Of a DNA stretch of 64,000 nt, positions 63,176 through 64,000 are shown piece after piece. Position 1 is the stretch's first letter. Each line of letters opens with the position of its first letter. Below the pieces are notes generated by a model. The model made no database searches. It was not told the origin of the DNA and worked only from the letters and a program-made list of their open reading frames with translations. The position numbers and the translations under genes are program-made. This stretch comes from Eledone cirrhosa. Its lineage: Eukaryota. Where the stretch lies: assembly GCA_964016885.1 (NCBI GenBank), contig OZ024750.1, forward strand, positions 52,700,001 to 52,764,000. The letters are read 5' to 3'.

Positions 63176-63303
63176 CTACTATTACGCTAAATTCATCACT
63201 ATATTCATCGTTAATTCTAACCTTATTGACTGTTCCTCTATACATGGCTTGTATAGCTCTCACAAGCCATTCTTCCACTCCTAGTTTACTAAGAGCCTAC
63301 CAG

Positions 63304-63345
<42 letters not shown>

Positions 63346-63379
63346 CAGGTAAAAGTGGACATAAAATGATGATGATATA

Positions 63380-63765
63380 TCATCATCATCATTTTACGTC
63401 CGCTTTTCCCTGCTTGCAAGAGGGGGACGAGAACTGATTCTGGCTTGATTTCTACAGCTGGATGCCCTTCCTAACACCAACCTCATTTACAGCGAGTGCT
63501 GGGTGCTTTTTTTTCTGTGGCGCCTCCACATCCACTTTACAGTGTGGGCTGGGTGCTTTATTGCCGTGGCACCTCCACAACTACTTTGCAGTGGAATGAT
63601 AGGGACCCCAGTCCCTATCATCTCATTTCTACAGCTGAGTAAACTGGAGCAATGTAAAATAAAGTGTCTTGCTCAAGGAAACAACACATCACCCGGTCTG
63701 AGAATTGAACTCACAACCTTTTGATTGCAAGGCCAATGCTCTAACCACTAAGCCATGTGCCTCCA
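63380..63765 (-). mobile_element. Full-length tRNA-derived SINE with RTE tail
   Basis: GGAGGCACATGGCTTAGTGGTTAG head and (TGA)n tail; matches 3351-3680. Confidence 0.88.
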
Positions 63766-63802
63766 TATATATATATATATATGTTTGTGTGTATATGTAT
63801 AT

Positions 63803-64000
63803 AAGACCCGAACCCCATGGGTACAAGCCGAAGCTGAAGCATATAAACAATATGCCCCCACACCCTCCCACTGCAAAGTGATCGTGGAGATGCCACGGCA
63901 AAAAAGCACCCAGCACTCACTGTAAATGAGGTTGGTGTTAGGAAGGGCCTCCAGCTGTAGAAATCAAGCCAGAATCAGTTCCCGTATGAGCAAGACAAGG
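63803..64000 (+). mobile_element. RTE 3' UTR fragment running off the window
   Basis: Matches about 33090-33315. Confidence 0.75.

Overview
Repeat-dense, AT-rich animal genomic DNA. The SINE/RTE complement and huge (TA)n tracts resemble a cephalopod such as Octopus; this is an inference. A 200-N scaffold gap lies at 16681-16880. The only host gene I can support is the last four coding exons of TRAPPC10 (+; 95-262, 1031-1223, 4532-4654, 9928-10094). The rest is RTE LINEs (one near full-length copy at 28884-32146), tRNA-derived SINEs, a CR1-group LINE remnant, a pogo transposase scrap, at least three Penelope-like elements (PLEs), and mini- and microsatellites. The most interesting signal is a set of type I hammerhead-ribozyme (HHR) motifs. 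They include a 311-bp, ORF-less, highly structured tandem repeat with one HHR per unit (retrozyme/circRNA-like, 16881-18302), and several unrelated small fold-back insertions in (TA)n that carry HHR motifs in the same outward-facing geometry, one with an unusual CCGACGA core. Three intronic or intergenic minisatellites have readable origins or motifs: a TACTAAC/Quaking-element array ending at a TRAPPC10 3' splice site, an amplified SINE B-box region, and an amplified piece of pogo transposase. All very long low-complexity ORFs in the track are repeat artefacts. All alignments and folds were done by eye.
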